Below, piece by piece: positions 19,213-25,876 of a stretch of 35,001 bases of DNA. The stretch is taken from positions 1 through 35,001 of IMG/VR virus record IMGVR_UViG_3300020045_004297. One strand, written 5' to 3'. The DNA is from a virus. Lineage: Duplodnaviria > Caudoviricetes. The position numbers and the translations under genes are program-made. The notes under the pieces are model-generated. The model was not told the DNA's origin. It worked only from the letters and a program-made list of their open reading frames with translations, and searched no databases. The first letter of the stretch is position 1. Each line of letters begins with the position of its first letter.

Positions 19213-19649
19213 AATACCTACTCTCGTTTATCCTTGTTCTGATTCTGGCAGTACCGGCGTGGGCAATGACGCTAACCATCCAACTGAAGGGCATCACGCC
19301 TACCAGCACCTACGACGATAAATGGAAGGCAATGCAGAACTCTGCCTACTTCATGCAGGGGCTTAACGAAGCCATGGAGCCGTTGCTTATCCATGGCCCT
19401 ATTCTCTGTAATCCAGACTCGGAAAAAATAGAGGGCTTCCTTGGTTCAGTTAATGGCCTACCGAACGAGGCTGGAGTGCTGGACATTATCATTGAGAATT
19501 ATGCAGGGCTGAAGATTCCGAGTCTGCCTGAAGAATGCCCTTTCAGCCTCTATTTTGGCGATACGTCAGAACAGATTGACACCGGAGAAGTTGACGAAGA
19601 AGGCAAGCCGGTTTACCGCACTGTACTGAGTGGCACGATAGCAGAATAG
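19209..19649 (+). CDS. Signal-peptide-bearing hypothetical protein
   Basis: MKYLLSFILVLILAVPAWA N-terminus; AAGGAG upstream. Confidence 0.7.
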   Translation: MKYLLSFILVLILAVPAWAMTLTIQLKGITPTSTYDDKWKAMQNSAYFMQGLNEAMEPLLIHGPILCNPDSEKIEGFLGSVNGLPNEAGVLDIIIENYAGLKIPSLPEECPFSLYFGDTSEQIDTGEVDEEGKPVYRTVLSGTIAE

Positions 19650-19684
19650 CTCCACGACCCAATGAAGCTGTGAAGGAGAGAAAC

Positions 19685-20017
19685 ATGGCAGACGAGACGC
19701 GCCCACTTCAATGTAGTGACCACGGCGACCTGTCGAAAGCGATTGGAAGCCTCAATACCGCAGTCTCGGACCTTCGGGCAGATGTGAAGTGGTTCCTTCG
19801 GATAGGCACCGGCATATTCTCCATTTGCGGTATCGTGACTACACTGATGAGTCCGGTTGTGGTGCGAATGTATGGCTCGATAAACGACCTCCAGAAAGCC
19901 GTTCTTATCCTCCAGGAAACCCAGTCGACACAGGACAAAGAACTGGCGAGGATGCAGGACACTGAACGCCGAATCATCGACCAGCGGAACAAAGACCACG
20001 TAGGCATTCTTCCATAG
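19685..20017 (+). CDS. Single-TM coiled-coil membrane protein (holin/antiholin-like)
   Basis: AAGGAG RBS; one hydrophobic segment flanked by coiled coils; upstream of the endolysin. Confidence 0.55.
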   Translation: MADETRPLQCSDHGDLSKAIGSLNTAVSDLRADVKWFLRIGTGIFSICGIVTTLMSPVVVRMYGSINDLQKAVLILQETQSTQDKELARMQDTERRIIDQRNKDHVGILP

Positions 20018-20026
20018 GAGGGGGTC

Positions 20027-20191
20027 ATGGTCATCTGCCACAACATCCACGAATGTCCGGTGCGGTTCAATGCCGGTGCCTGCCAGCAACGATTTTGTAA
20101 CGATAGGTGTCCTCACACACAGTTAGGAGAGAAAGATGAGGAGATGCCACAACAGCCCATCGGGGATGTGTCCGACAAGGAACCTGAGTGA
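20027..20191 (+). CDS. Small Cys-rich protein (54 aa)
   Basis: AGGAGG RBS; MVICHNIHECPVRF... Confidence 0.5.
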   Translation: MVICHNIHECPVRFNAGACQQRFCNDRCPHTQLGEKDEEMPQQPIGDVSDKEPE

Positions 20192-20218
20192 TCGTATCGC
20201 CTTGGGAGATAAAAGCCC

Positions 20219-20389
20219 ATGTTTGCAAAATTCAGAGAACTCGAAGAAGAAAACAGAGAATTGACGCGGGAGATTATCGAACTGACGGCAGAGCGTGACG
20301 TGGCGCGGAAGCCGGCAGAAGAAATATCCCACATGCTGACGTATGCCAGCGAACAGGCGAATAGAAAAGGATTGGTGGTATTCAAATGA
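20219..20389 (+). CDS. Small coiled-coil protein (56 aa)
   Basis: GGAG RBS; MFAKFRELEEENRELTREI... Confidence 0.55.
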   Translation: MFAKFRELEEENRELTREIIELTAERDVARKPAEEISHMLTYASEQANRKGLVVFK

Positions 20390-20491
20390 GTTGCCAAAAA
20401 TCAGCAGATTGCCCCCTCCATAATCGCATATGTCCGGTGTGCCTGAACAATGAATCGCAGGGAGATGGCCCTGACCCTGAGATGTATCCAG

Positions 20492-20665
20492 ATGATAACT
20501 GATTTCCAAACATCACGCAGGGGCGGAAATATCCGCGTATGGGTTAGGCTTTCTGATGGCTCCTGCGGCCACGGTGAAGCTCCAACCACGAAGGAAGCCA
20601 AACGATTGGCGGTAGCTGAAGCGAAGGGTAAGGGCAGGGAAACAAGAGTATGGATGTCAGAATGA
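20492..20665 (+). CDS. Small basic hypothetical protein
   Basis: MITDFQTSRRGG...; stop overlaps the endolysin ATG. Confidence 0.45.
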   Translation: MITDFQTSRRGGNIRVWVRLSDGSCGHGEAPTTKEAKRLAVAEAKGKGRETRVWMSE

Positions 20666-21120
20666 ACCAATTGACGATAGAGGCTGCTAAAAAGTTCGAC
20701 CTACCAGTTGCGCTCGTTGCGGCGATCATCAAATGTGAGTCGGACGGAATAACCACGGCTACCCGTTTTGAGCCGGGATTTTTGGCGCGGTACATCATGA
20801 AGATTCCCGGCCTGAGTAGCGAGGTTCGCAAGGCACGATCAACCTCATGGGGTTTAATGCAGGTCATGGGTGAAGTTGCCAGGGGCTACGGATACAAAGG
20901 GCTGTACTCCAACCTGTGCATACCGGAACTTGGTCTATATTACGGGTGCCTCCATCTCGATAATCTCAAAACTCGCTACTTAGACAAGTGGGGATGGGAT
21001 GGCGTGATTGCTTCCTATAATGCCGGGAGTCCTCGCACAAAGGATGGCAAATATGTCAACCAGGGGTACGTGGACAAGGTAAACAAATATTGGAGGCGTT
21101 ATGACGAACTGCCAGGATAA
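20662..21120 (+). CDS. Endolysin, SLT-type lytic transglycosylase
   Basis: AAII.CES (catalytic Glu), SWGLMQVM, ASYNAG, YV.KV motifs. Confidence 0.9.
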   Translation: MNQLTIEAAKKFDLPVALVAAIIKCESDGITTATRFEPGFLARYIMKIPGLSSEVRKARSTSWGLMQVMGEVARGYGYKGLYSNLCIPELGLYYGCLHLDNLKTRYLDKWGWDGVIASYNAGSPRTKDGKYVNQGYVDKVNKYWRRYDELPG

Positions 21121-21256
21121 CGGCGGCGAGTGTACTCAATGCGGAAACTGCATGGCCAGACCGCAACTCGACAGGGTTTACGATCAGATGCGGATACAGG
21201 GCCTTCACATATTGACTGATGACTGCTGGTGCAAGCAAAAGGAGGGCAAATGTTAG
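21101..21256 (+). CDS. Small Cys-rich protein (51 aa)
   Basis: GGAGG RBS; CTQCGNC and H...DCWC. Confidence 0.5.
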   Translation: MTNCQDNGGECTQCGNCMARPQLDRVYDQMRIQGLHILTDDCWCKQKEGKC

Positions 21257-21579
21257 ATTGGATAAAGAGGAAAGTTGTCGATGTCTTCAAGGGCAAGATT
21301 TTGCGCCTCTTGGCTGAGCAGTCAACGAGGAAGGCTATCATCTCTTTGGTTATTGGTGTCATTGGCTACCAGTGGACGGATGGCAAGGTTGACGCGGCGG
21401 CTACCCTCCTTGGGTCTGTGTACGTTTTCCTCTCCCTCGTCATGGAGGATAAGAAGCCTACCCCGGTAGAAGTGAAGCCTGTCCCATTGCCAGAGCGACA
21501 GGAGGCACCCATTGACGAATCCGACAGCCAGAGTTATGTGGAGAGGAAAGACCCGCATATTAACGGTCAATTCCCATGA
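21250..21579 (+). CDS. Putative holin (2 TM)
   Basis: E.STR motif, two hydrophobic segments, charged C-tail; GGAGG RBS; follows the endolysin. Confidence 0.6.
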   Translation: MLDWIKRKVVDVFKGKILRLLAEQSTRKAIISLVIGVIGYQWTDGKVDAAATLLGSVYVFLSLVMEDKKPTPVEVKPVPLPERQEAPIDESDSQSYVERKDPHINGQFP

Positions 21580-21689
21580 CGATACTCAAAGATCTCATGG
21601 ACCGCGACAAGGTGGTCAAGAAGACCTTCCGCTGTGATTGGGATTTATGGTTGATTCGGCTGTTTAAAAAACTGTTTCTAAAGGAGTAA
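21576..21689 (+). CDS. Small amphipathic peptide (37 aa)
   Basis: ATGA coupling; ...WDLWLIRLFKKLFLKE. Confidence 0.45.
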   Translation: MTILKDLMDRDKVVKKTFRCDWDLWLIRLFKKLFLKE

Positions 21690-21691
21690 TT

Positions 21692-21985
21692 ATGTGGACC
21701 TGGATAAAAGCATTTATGACGAAGATCGGAACGTTTCTCAAGCCCCTGGTGATGAAACTAATGAGTCAGACCGGAACGCTTATTTGTAGCGTGGCTGTGC
21801 TTGCCGTGAAGGAAGCGGCAGCGAGTAGCGCAACAACTTGGCAGGACAAATTGAATGTCGGCGTCGGTGTGGCCGTGAAGAATCTTGAGTCTCAAGGGTT
21901 GAAGCTCGGTGTGGACTTCTTTCTGAACGAGGTCATTGCGGCTATTACCGCGGCGATTGCGAAGAACTACGAAGATTCAAAATAG
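21692..21985 (+). CDS. Membrane-associated lysis-module protein
   Basis: AAGGAG RBS, amphipathic N-terminus, last gene before the terminator. Confidence 0.6.
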   Translation: MWTWIKAFMTKIGTFLKPLVMKLMSQTGTLICSVAVLAVKEAAASSATTWQDKLNVGVGVAVKNLESQGLKLGVDFFLNEVIAAITAAIAKNYEDSK

Positions 21986-21995
21986 TTTCCCCATG

Positions 21996-22038
21996 CCCGC
22001 GGGGAGTTCCCCTCCATTCCTTCCCGCGGGGCTTTTTC
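21996..22038 (+). terminator. Intrinsic terminator ending the late operon
   Basis: CCCGCGGGGAG / CTTCCCGCGGG stem followed by GCTTTTTC. Confidence 0.7.
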
Positions 22039-22067
22039 TTGACAGAAAATATCGGGGTAGGTATGAT
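22039..22067 (+). promoter_or_regulatory. Sigma70 promoter for the tRNA-like RNA
   Basis: TTGACA-17 bp-TATGAT. Confidence 0.85.
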
Positions 22068-22076
22068 TGTTTCGTT

Positions 22077-22260
22077 GTTGCGGCGTGGATGGACACGCTA
22101 CGTGGGGTAATGGCTAGGGATACTGTCTCCTGCGCCGTCCTGACGCTAGAGCACGTATAAAGGTTGATTGAGCAGACAGTCTGCGGAAACGGCTAATCGT
22201 GTTAAGCGCATCTAAATATCAGGGACAGCCATAAGCCGGTATCGAGTCCGGCCAGCAACA
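22077..22260 (+). ncRNA. tRNA-like structured RNA with an approximately 136-nt insert in place of the anticodon arm
   Basis: Acceptor-like GTTGCGG/CAGCAAC, D-like CGTG-GATGGA-CACG, T-arm GCCGG-TATCGAGT-CCGGC; own promoter and terminator. Confidence 0.7.
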
Positions 22261-22293
22261 AAAAAGGCCCCTCAAGCGAAGGGCCTTTTCTTT
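22261..22293. terminator. Bidirectional intrinsic terminator
   Basis: AAAAAGGCCC-CTCAAGCGAA-GGGCCTTTTCTTT between convergent units. Confidence 0.85.
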
Positions 22294-22453
22294 ATTCCTT
22301 TTTCTTCGGTCTGCCACCCTTGGCACCGTTTAACTGTCGGGCAAGGGTAGCGGCTGACGATGGCGTTTTCTTCTTGCTACCCATGAGTGCGGCGGGGTTG
22401 ACCTCTATTTCGTGAGGTTGGCCGCAATGCGGGCAGATGGTGGTGATTAGCAT
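22292..22453 (-). CDS. 53-aa CxxC plus NGxKGGRPKK protein, candidate DNA-binding regulator of the acr-like operon
   Basis: Own translation: MLITTICPHCGQPHEIEVNPAALMGSKKKTPSSAATLARQLNGAKGGRPKKKE; starts 2 nt after the upstream stop, GAGGTG upstream. Confidence 0.75.
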   Translation of the reverse strand: MLITTICPHCGQPHEIEVNPAALMGSKKKTPSSAATLARQLNGAKGGRPKKKE

Positions 22454-22455
22454 GA

Positions 22456-22704
22456 TTATTCACACCTCATTTCGTCAGTTACTCTGATGCTGTTGATAAC
22501 AGCTATAGTCCTGCGGTCCCCTGCGGTCATGGGGCGGTTTTCGGAATCGACAACAACCGGATCGTCGCAGCCGGATTCAATTATGCCGTATGTTTCGTTG
22601 TCAAATTCAATTTCGGTGCCGTAGTCAGTGCCGGTGAGGTTGAACCAGTAGGTTGTTGATCCTGCATCCCAATTCTGATCTTTTTCAATAAATTGTGTTT
22701 TCAT
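22456..22704 (-). CDS. acrIF18: Acidic 82-aa protein, AcrIF18-like anti-CRISPR candidate
   Basis: GGAGG RBS. KDQNWDAGSTTYWF...ETYGII.SG...VVD...P...VTDEM matches AcrIF18 as I recall it (KDQNWNDGTTTYWF..ETFGVV.GG...VVD...P...ITEDM); not verified by search. Confidence 0.65.
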   Translation of the reverse strand: MKTQFIEKDQNWDAGSTTYWFNLTGTDYGTEIEFDNETYGIIESGCDDPVVVDSENRPMTAGDRRTIAVINSIRVTDEMRCE

Positions 22705-22746
22705 GACTTCCTCCCCCGTTTTGTTTTTTCTCTGTTCTTGATACAC

Positions 22747-22774
22747 ATTATAACCGAAGCGTTTAGGATGTCAA
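22747..22774 (-). promoter_or_regulatory. Consensus sigma70 promoter with a pseudo-palindromic operator in the spacer
   Basis: Minus strand TTGACA-TCCTAAACGCTTCGGT (16 bp)-TATAAT; spacer holds imperfect inverted repeat CCTAAACGCTTCGG. Confidence 0.85.
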
Positions 22775-22789
22775 CAGGGAAATGTAAAA

Positions 22790-22829
22790 AAAGAAATAAA
22801 GAAGAGCACCATTTCTGATGCCCTTCTTT
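22790..22829 (-). terminator. Intrinsic terminator downstream of tRNA-Leu
   Basis: Minus strand AAGAAGGGCATCA-GAAA-TGGTGCTCTTCTT followed by a T-rich tail. Confidence 0.8.
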
Positions 22830-22833
22830 TGCT

Positions 22834-22919
22834 TGGTACCGAGGGCCGGACTCGAACCGGCACGCCCTTGCGAGCGGGAGATTTTGAGTCTCCTGTGTCT
22901 GCCATTTCACCACCCCGGC
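22834..22919 (-). tRNA. trnL-CAA: tRNA-Leu(CAA), full length, CCA encoded
   Basis: GCCGGGG TG GTG AAATGGCAGA CAC A GGAGA-CTCAAAA-TCTCC, long variable arm, GCCGG-TTCGAGT-CCGGC CCTCGGT ACCA. Confidence 0.97.
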
Positions 22920-23086
22920 ATGTCATATGTCAATTGATATGTCAACGACCTGTCACCACCCACATCCAACTAACTGATTTTACAACAACTTTTCGCTCGT
23001 CAATAGGGATTTTGAGTCCCAGTTCCGCTCCGCAACTACTTGACAATCCTGAGTTTTTTGGAAGTTTTTTTGACATCACCTGCCAC
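22920..23086. other. Putative attP: arm-type TGTCA repeats, IHF site and anticodon-loop-mimic core
   Basis: TGTCA at 22921, 22928, 22940, 22951; IHF-like AATCAGTTAGTTG (minus, 22967-22979); GGGA-TTTTGAG-TCCC at 23006-23020; ACCTGYCAC at 22948 and 23078. Confidence 0.7.
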
Positions 23087-24085
23087 GGAATTCCATTTCT
23101 CCATTTCATTCGACAGATGTTGGCCAGAAAGATGGGTATAAATCTCCGTGACCTGACTCGTTGAATGTCCCATTAAGCCCTGCAAAGAGCGTAAAGAGAT
23201 CCCCAGCTCATGGCCAACAGTGCCGAACCAGTGCCGCAACAAATGGTGGTATATCCGAGCGTCAAACCCTGCACGTTTCGCCGCTTCTTTGAGCGTACCG
23301 CGTAAATCATGATATGGCCTACCGGTTGCCTTGTTCAGAAACAAAAACCCCGCAGAAACTGATTCTGTTCGTTTCAGCACTTCCTCCCATATCTCGGCAA
23401 CGGGGACAGGGACGATCCTTTGTTTGTTGCCCTTCCCTCTCACGATGATTGCCTGCCGACTCTCCAGCACATCCTCCTTCGTGAGCCTCAGTGCTTCCGA
23501 CATCCGCAGGCCGCAGAACGCCATGAGTTGCAGCGGTAATCTTCTCCTGGGGTGCGCTTCGGCGAGGATCCGGTGGACATCGACAACGGACGGGACAACC
23601 GGCATCGGCGCGGTGGTCATCTTCTTGGGAAACTTCTTCAGCCTCAACGCCTCGTCAATCAGCCCATTCTCGACGGCCCATTTCAAGAGCGTGGACAAAG
23701 CGCACAATTCTTTATTGATCGTGACCGGCTTCACGCCTTCTTCCTTCCGCTTCTCTTTGTACTGGTCGATAAGATGATGGTCAATGGTATTGAGGCAGTA
23801 CTTCCCCATGATTCGCTGCACATGCTCCATGCTCCGGGATGTGCGGTCATGCCCCCCTGGTAGATGATCATTTTTGTACGCGGCGAGGAAGTCAGTTGTT
23901 GCGTCACAGATTCGGGGATTTGTAGAAAGGATGTGGGTGGGCCTCAACTTCTTTTTCAGCGCGTCGTGGAAATCTTGTGCTTCCTGCCGAGTTCCTTCGA
24001 ACGCTTCACGGATGCGGTTGTCTCCGTAGCCGACATCGACCTGATACCACCCCTGCCCTTTTGTCGGGTGCTGTCTGATGCTCAT
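23036..24085 (-). CDS. int: Tyrosine recombinase (phage integrase)
   Basis: Catalytic set GLRMSE (R), GKGNK (K), HLLRH, GHS, IYTH; N-terminal arm-binding and core-binding regions. Confidence 0.97.
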   Translation of the reverse strand: MSIRQHPTKGQGWYQVDVGYGDNRIREAFEGTRQEAQDFHDALKKKLRPTHILSTNPRICDATTDFLAAYKNDHLPGGHDRTSRSMEHVQRIMGKYCLNTIDHHLIDQYKEKRKEEGVKPVTINKELCALSTLLKWAVENGLIDEALRLKKFPKKMTTAPMPVVPSVVDVHRILAEAHPRRRLPLQLMAFCGLRMSEALRLTKEDVLESRQAIIVRGKGNKQRIVPVPVAEIWEEVLKRTESVSAGFLFLNKATGRPYHDLRGTLKEAAKRAGFDARIYHHLLRHWFGTVGHELGISLRSLQGLMGHSTSQVTEIYTHLSGQHLSNEMEKWNSVAGDVKKTSKKLRIVK

Positions 24086-24097
24086 GTCAAGCCTTTC

Positions 24098-24499
24098 TTA
24101 ATTCCGGCAGGCGTTAAGGTCTTCGTCATAGCTTACCGTTCCAGGGCGGGTGCCTCCCCGATAATAAACAATGTCTTCATTTTTGAACACGAAAACGAAG
24201 GGAGTTTTCCCGACATAGCCGCCCATGCGGTTTTTGGAGTTCACTTGGACACAAACCTTATGCCCATAGAAAGTGCCTCTAAAGTCGTGGACGTAGCCTT
24301 TTGTCGGCCCTGACCAGTTGGAATATTTCGCGCTGCCTGAATCAATCAGAACATCATCCATGTATTCCTTGACGGATGATTCGTAATTCTTGGGAGGGTC
24401 CCCGTAGTATGCCCCATTCTGTGCAGCGACAGACGGTGCGGTCATCCTCAGACATGAACAGAACAAAATTGGCACCAGCGCAAGAAGTAAATATTTCAC
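24098..24499 (-). CDS. Lipoprotein-like lysogenic gene (possible superinfection exclusion)
   Basis: GTG start after AAAGGAGG; KYLLLALVPILFCSC lipobox-like signal; VNSKNRMGGYVG motif. Confidence 0.7.
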   Translation of the reverse strand: MKYLLLALVPILFCSCLRMTAPSVAAQNGAYYGDPPKNYESSVKEYMDDVLIDSGSAKYSNWSGPTKGYVHDFRGTFYGHKVCVQVNSKNRMGGYVGKTPFVFVFKNEDIVYYRGGTRPGTVSYDEDLNACRN

Positions 24500-24653
24500 A
24501 CCTTCCTCCTTTGTGACGTATTCTGTCACACTTGCATGGTACAACGAACACAGAACGATTTTAGCCCTAATCAAATATATTTAATAATAATATTATTGCA
24601 AAATAATGTTGTCGGCATATTATGTATAACCATCAAATGTTACAGGAGGATTG

Positions 24654-24905
24654 ATGAAAGACGTACCAGGTTCCAGGCGCAAGGATGTCTTGACTAGACT
24701 ATGTGACAAGGTGCAATACTACACTGACGCTGAACGCGATGCCGTTGAAACAAAAACGCTATCCAGCGACCTACCCCGCAACATCAAAGAATTCATCTTG
24801 GCGCTCATTGATCGCCCCTGCCCCGCTCTTTCTCTTTCTTCGCCTTCAGATCGCTCAACCAAAGAGCCTGCTCCGATTCCGGCAGCTCAAGTAGTTCATC
24901 AATAA
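24654..24905 (+). CDS. Hypothetical protein convergently overlapping the repressor
   Basis: AGGAGG RBS and AT-rich upstream region; last ~100 nt are antisense to the repressor. Confidence 0.4.
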   Translation: MKDVPGSRRKDVLTRLCDKVQYYTDAERDAVETKTLSSDLPRNIKEFILALIDRPCPALSLSSPSDRSTKEPAPIPAAQVVHQ

Positions 24906-25170
24906 TAATCTGGACCAAGGGCGGGTAATCCCCGCCCTCTTTTTTTGGCAGCACCTTCGCCAGATCATCCTGACTCACACCGAAAAACTCGCAATACCTC
25001 CCCAATACATCAGGGCCCACACCGCAGGCACCCCTTTCGATGGCCGAAATGTAGTTCTCGTTCGTGTCTAAAGCCTCGGCAAGTTGTATCTGCGTCAGCA
25101 TCTTCAGTTTCCGCAGCCTTCTTAATTCCGTCCCCAATCTCATATCAAATTCCTTTTTCAATGTCTTCAC
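24805..25170 (-). CDS. XRE-family HTH repressor (CI-like, no S24 peptidase domain)
   Basis: LRRLRK...LTQ.QLAEAL......ISAIERG; divergent from the early operon. Confidence 0.9.
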   Translation of the reverse strand: MKTLKKEFDMRLGTELRRLRKLKMLTQIQLAEALDTNENYISAIERGACGVGPDVLGRYCEFFGVSQDDLAKVLPKKEGGDYPPLVQIIIDELLELPESEQALWLSDLKAKKEKERGRGDQ

Positions 25171-25413
25171 CGTAGCCCCCCCCCATAAACAATACAGAGG
25201 GAAGGTTATATCCTTTATTTTACTTTTTACAGCGTGTCAAATGCTTGACATTACAGTGTTATTTGCTTTAGTAATGCAATATCAACGTAAGATTAACGAT
25301 AAATAATGCAAATCAATGTATTTTACACTTTACTTTTACTTTAGTTACTGTATAAATGTTTGTAAATGATATGCAAAACAACAGTAAAAAGCAACATCAA
25401 AGGAGGTGATACC
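25171..25413. promoter_or_regulatory. Immunity switch region (divergent promoters/operators)
   Basis: AT-rich; TGTCAA-ATGC-TTGACA palindrome (25235-25250); TAATGCAA(T)ATCAA.GTA twice; TTTAC runs. Confidence 0.75.
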
Positions 25414-25557
25414 GTGGAACGCAAGCCATTAATACAATTCGAAGTTGAGGAAAACCAGAAAAGAGCAGCCAAGGCCCTGGCTGAAAAGTTGGGCTTCAAA
25501 ACCCTGGCATCACTCGCCAGAACCGCGTTATTCGAAAAAATGGAAAAGGCAGCATAA
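25414..25557 (+). CDS. Ribbon-helix-helix-like small regulator in the cro position
   Basis: AAGGAGGTG RBS plus GTG; LIQFEV strand followed by two helices (AEKLG.KTLASLARTAL). Confidence 0.7.
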   Translation: MERKPLIQFEVEENQKRAAKALAEKLGFKTLASLARTALFEKMEKAA

Positions 25558-25567
25558 GGAGGCAGTT

Positions 25568-25690
25568 ATGAGAAAGAACTGTGTGAGCTGTAAAGAACTG
25601 AAAAATGGTAAATGCCACGATCCGGTGTGTCCATCTATGAAGTTCGGAGAAAAAGTATCGTACAAGTACACTTTACCAACGCGGAACTAA
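25568..25690 (+). CDS. Small Cys-rich protein
   Basis: AAGGAGG RBS; CVSC...C...C. Confidence 0.5.
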   Translation: MRKNCVSCKELKNGKCHDPVCPSMKFGEKVSYKYTLPTRN

Positions 25691-25876
25691 TTGTCAAGGA
25701 CACGACATGAACATCGAACAAGAAATTATTGAAATCAAAACCCTGCTCAAAACTTTGCTTGAGCAGACCGCCCCGCCACCTTCGATAAAAACAAAGATGA
25801 AGATGGACGCCAGAATCAACCAGGTTTTTGCTGACCGGGCCGAGCGGAAAAATAAACGCGAAAATGGGAGGAAGGC

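Noticed and set aside
21936-22160. 74-aa ORF
   Set aside because: Runs through a terminator, a promoter and the tRNA-like RNA; no RBS.
22077-22260. tmRNA or intron-containing tRNA call
   Set aside because: No GGGG 5' end, G3-U alanine identity or CCA; too short; no group I core motifs seen. The internal 16-codon ORF (MARDTVSCAVLTLEHV) lacks a tag-like AA end.
22834-22919. Prophage boundary (attL/attR) at the tRNA
   Set aside because: Phage genes continue on both sides in virion order and no host DNA is present.
22829-23164. 111-aa plus-strand ORF and 22701-22913 minus-strand ORF
   Set aside because: Shadows of the tRNA-Leu gene and att region.
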